Assembly (NCBI GenBank): GCA_965215365.1
Contig: CBDCDS010000003.1
Span: 32,001-96,000 of the forward strand
Origin: Gammaproteobacteria bacterium
GTDB lineage: Bacteria > Pseudomonadota > Gammaproteobacteria > Eutrophobiales > Eutrophobiaceae
Direction of reading: 5' to 3'
DNA: 64,000 nt
A program made the position numbers and the translations under genes. This document shows positions 61,428 to 64,000 of the stretch, in pieces. Position 1 is the first letter of the stretch, and every line of letters begins with the position of its first letter. A model generated the notes under the pieces. The model had not been told where the DNA came from, did no database searches, and worked only from the letters and a program-made list of their open reading frames with translations.

Positions 61428-62741
61428 ATGGAGAAGCTGCAAGCCGTCCGGGGGATGCACGATACACTGCCCGGCGAGACCCCCAGATGGCAGTTGCTTG
61501 AGCACGCGCTGCAAGCCGTCCTGCACTCATACTGCTACCGGGAAATCCGCCTGCCCATCATTGAAAAAACCGAGTTGTTTGCTCGCAGCATCGGCGCCGG
61601 CACCGACATCGTAAACAAGGAAATGTACACCTTTCAGGATCGTAACGACGAGTTGCTGACCTTGCGCCCGGAAGGCACCGCTGGCTGCGTGCGCGCGCTG
61701 CTGCAACATGGGTTGATTTACGCCGGGCCACAAAGAGTCTGGTACCAGGGCCCCATGTTTCGCCACGAACGGCCGCAGCAGGGACGGCAACGACAGTTCT
61801 ACCAGGTCGGCGCCGAAGCCTTCGGCATGGAAGGCGCCGGGATTGATGCCGAACTCATACTAATCTGCGCCCGCATCTGGGGCGCGCTGGGCCTTGAGGG
61901 TGTCACCCTGCAACTGAATTCACTGGGTTCACAGCGCGCCCGGCACAGCTACCGCAAACTGTTAGTCGATTACCTGAGCGCGCATCGGGACGAGCTAGAC
62001 GAGGACAGCATCCGCCGTCTGGAAACCAACCCGTTGCGTATCCTCGACAGCAAAAATCCCGCCCTGCAGGACTTGCTCGAGGGCGCGCCGTCGCTGCTTG
62101 ACTCCATTGATACGGAGTCGGCCGAACATTTTGCGGTGTTGCGAGACCTGTTGGACGCCAACGGCGTGGAGTATAAAATTAACCCGCGCCTGGTACGCGG
62201 GCTGGATTACTACAACCGCACGGTGTTTGAATGGACTACCGACCGGCTGGGCGCGCAGGGTGCTATATGCGCCGGCGGGCGCTACGATGATCTGGTCGCC
62301 CAAATAGGCGGCCGAGCCACCCCGGCGGCAGGCTTTGCCATGGGGCTGGAACGCATCCTGGCGTTGCTGGAGTGCAACGCAGCAGCAACAGTGGCCGGCG
62401 CGCCCCGGTTTTATCAGGTCATGGTAGGCGCAGACGCCGTCAAGCGCGGGTTCCGGCTGGCAGAACGCCTGCGCGCTGACATCCCGGGCCTGCCGCTGCT
62501 GCTGCACTGCGGTGGCGGCAGCTTCAAGAGCCAGTTCAAAAAAGCAGACAAATCCGGCGCCGAGTACGCACTTATCCTGGGCGCCGACGAAGTGGCAAGC
62601 AACACCGTGCTGATCAAGCCGTTACGCACGGATGCGGAACAATACAAGGTCACCCAGGAGCAGCTGGCAGCGGAGATAAGCCGGCTGTTGCAGGTAACTA
62701 CTCACCCCCCGCCTATGATGGACATCACCCAGCGAATATAA
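61428..62741 (+). CDS. hisS: Histidine-tRNA ligase
   Basis: [32 protein letters not shown]. Confidence 0.98.
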   Translation: MEKLQAVRGMHDTLPGETPRWQLLEHALQAVLHSYCYREIRLPIIEKTELFARSIGAGTDIVNKEMYTFQDRNDELLTLRPEGTAGCVRALLQHGLIYAGPQRVWYQGPMFRHERPQQGRQRQFYQVGAEAFGMEGAGIDAELILICARIWGALGLEGVTLQLNSLGSQRARHSYRKLLVDYLSAHRDELDEDSIRRLETNPLRILDSKNPALQDLLEGAPSLLDSIDTESAEHFAVLRDLLDANGVEYKINPRLVRGLDYYNRTVFEWTTDRLGAQGAICAGGRYDDLVAQIGGRATPAAGFAMGLERILALLECNAAATVAGAPRFYQVMVGADAVKRGFRLAERLRADIPGLPLLLHCGGGSFKSQFKKADKSGAEYALILGADEVASNTVLIKPLRTDAEQYKVTQEQLAAEISRLLQVTTHPPPMMDITQRI

Positions 62742-63367
62742 AACGGACCGAGGGCCATCAGCAGCACGGTCATCGTGACCATAACGCCGCCCAGCCGGAT
62801 GACAATTCTGTCTTGCAGCGTATCCATTTTGCTATGCAAAGCGCCTATCAGGTGCACCACTTCATCAATCCTGCCGTTGGTAGCCTGTATATCAGCCTTC
62901 AGCTCAGCGCGCAGCTTCTCCATAGCGATATTCGTCTCGGAAATTTTAGCCTCCAGGTCTGTCCTGAGTGCGGCGATCTGTGATTCCAAGTCTGCCCTGA
63001 GTGCGGCGATCTGTGATTCCAGGTCTGCCCTGAGTGCGGCGATCTGTGATTCCAGATCTGCCTTGGTTATGGCGATCTGTGATTCCAGATCTGCCTTGGT
63101 TATGGCGATCTGTGATTCTAGGTCTGTTCTGAGCTGGTTAACATCTTCTCTGCTTGCGCTGATCTGCAGCTGCAAATCCATCTTTGCTGATTGAAGATCC
63201 GTTTTAGTTGTGAGGGTGTCGCTCATCGCCTTGTGGACAGTGGTTACGATTGCCTCGGCTTGGGGTTCATCAAACCCGGTTGCTGTTAACTTTTTCGCTG
63301 CGGCCAGCGTGTCAAAGGTAACCATTACCGGGTTATCGGCGGCTCGCACTTCATTAGTAGCTTTCAT
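62702..63367 (-). CDS. DUF1640/CCDC90-like coiled-coil membrane protein with 11-aa repeats
   Basis: FDTL...K.L...GF.E.QAEAI, TK.DL, five (A/T)DLESQIA(ITK/ALR) units, C-terminal TM helix; AAGGAG RBS. Confidence 0.85.
   Translation of the reverse strand: MKATNEVRAADNPVMVTFDTLAAAKKLTATGFDEPQAEAIVTTVHKAMSDTLTTKTDLQSAKMDLQLQISASREDVNQLRTDLESQIAITKADLESQIAITKADLESQIAALRADLESQIAALRADLESQIAALRTDLEAKISETNIAMEKLRAELKADIQATNGRIDEVVHLIGALHSKMDTLQDRIVIRLGGVMVTMTVLLMALGPFYIRWVMSIIGGG
62953..63131 (-). repeat. 33-bp coding tandem repeat (~5.4 copies)
   Basis: GGCGATCTGTGATTC recurs every 33 nt. Confidence 0.92.
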
Positions 63368-63644
63368 TTGCTCTTCTCCTTAAAACTTAAGTGGAACATC
63401 GGGTCCTAGCAGCCATGTCATAAACCTGACTGGTTGTGACATGATGAAAGTATATCCTAACACAGGCAAATTGATATTTCAATGCATGTGTTACGAACAT
63501 GCATGCGCTTACACTTATGCACAGCTTACTTGACCCGCTGAATCGGTCAGAATTAAATGGAAAGATTGCCAACCACCGCTGTGCAAGCATGTTTTCGCAT
63601 GGCTGGCGACGGGGATGAGGGTTGGAAATCAGGACGGTGCGCCG

Positions 63645-64000
63645 CTAACCTTGTGAGTTGCCATAGACAGGTTTTGCTTCCTGCCATGACAGGATTGAGT
63701 AGGGCGCTCGGGGGTCGTTATTCAGCGCCAGAACTACATCGAGCTGCAACCTGCTGTTGCCGATGCCACCTGTGCTGCTGATATGAAACACATTGCCGCG
63801 CGCGCCGCCAAAAAAGCCGGGATTGATGCCCGGCGGCGGGTTCGGCGTCTCATTGCCGTCGCCTCGGGCAAGCAGGAATGCGTCAACCGCCTCTTCGTCA
63901 GCGCCGGGCAGCGCCAACAACGTCGCACGGGTGGCGGCCGGGAGATAGAGGGTCGGTTGCCCGGAATAAAGCGTCAGCGCCGGATAAATTCTGGCGAAAA
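63645..64000 (-). CDS. gspK: Type II secretion protein GspK, C-terminal part (runs off the window end)
   Basis: FARIYPALTLYSG...A...LLALPG...Y.ILSWQE pattern. Confidence 0.65.
   Translation of the reverse strand, partial: FARIYPALTLYSGQPTLYLPAATRATLLALPGADEEAVDAFLLARGDGNETPNPPPGINPGFFGGARGNVFHISSTGGIGNSRLQLDVVLALNNDPRAPYSILSWQEAKPVYGNSQG

Noticed and set aside
62953-63131. 33-bp repeats as a CRISPR array
   Set aside because: Head-to-tail coding repeats without spacers.

Overview
A GC-rich bacterial chromosomal segment, most likely gammaproteobacterial (inferred from gene content). The housekeeping backbone is ppk1-phoU-pstBACS-phoRB-dnaA on the minus strand, then rpmH-rnpA-yidD-yidC-mnmE, ilvE with LPS-type glycosyltransferases and pyrF, iscR-sufABCDSUT, ndk-rlmN-rodZ-hisS and a partial gspK. 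Four accessory inserts interrupt it. (1) About 10.9 kb between dnaA and rpmH: an RTX protein, a 1976-aa FN3/Calx-beta surface protein behind a (TCTGCGG)10 repeat, three tandem length-variant coiled-coil genes each with its own copy of a promoter module, a DUF1640 gene and a broken hipBA. (2) The best novelty candidate, an AT-richer six-gene operon at 27364-35308: PAPS-reductase-like PP-loop/Fe-S enzyme, group I cysteine desulfurase, DUF262-HNH protein, GHKL ATPase and two unknown proteins. It resembles a sulfur-based DNA modification/restriction system but does not match the dnd or ssp layouts. (3) A partly decayed island after pyrF: an internally deleted SF1 helicase, an unknown-domain/AlkB fusion split by an IS481-like element, a type III R-M pair and a phd-vapC pair. 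(4) A Dam-like type II R-M pair between sufT and ndk. I saw no rRNA, tRNA or CRISPR array. All family calls come from motifs read by eye; no searches were run.
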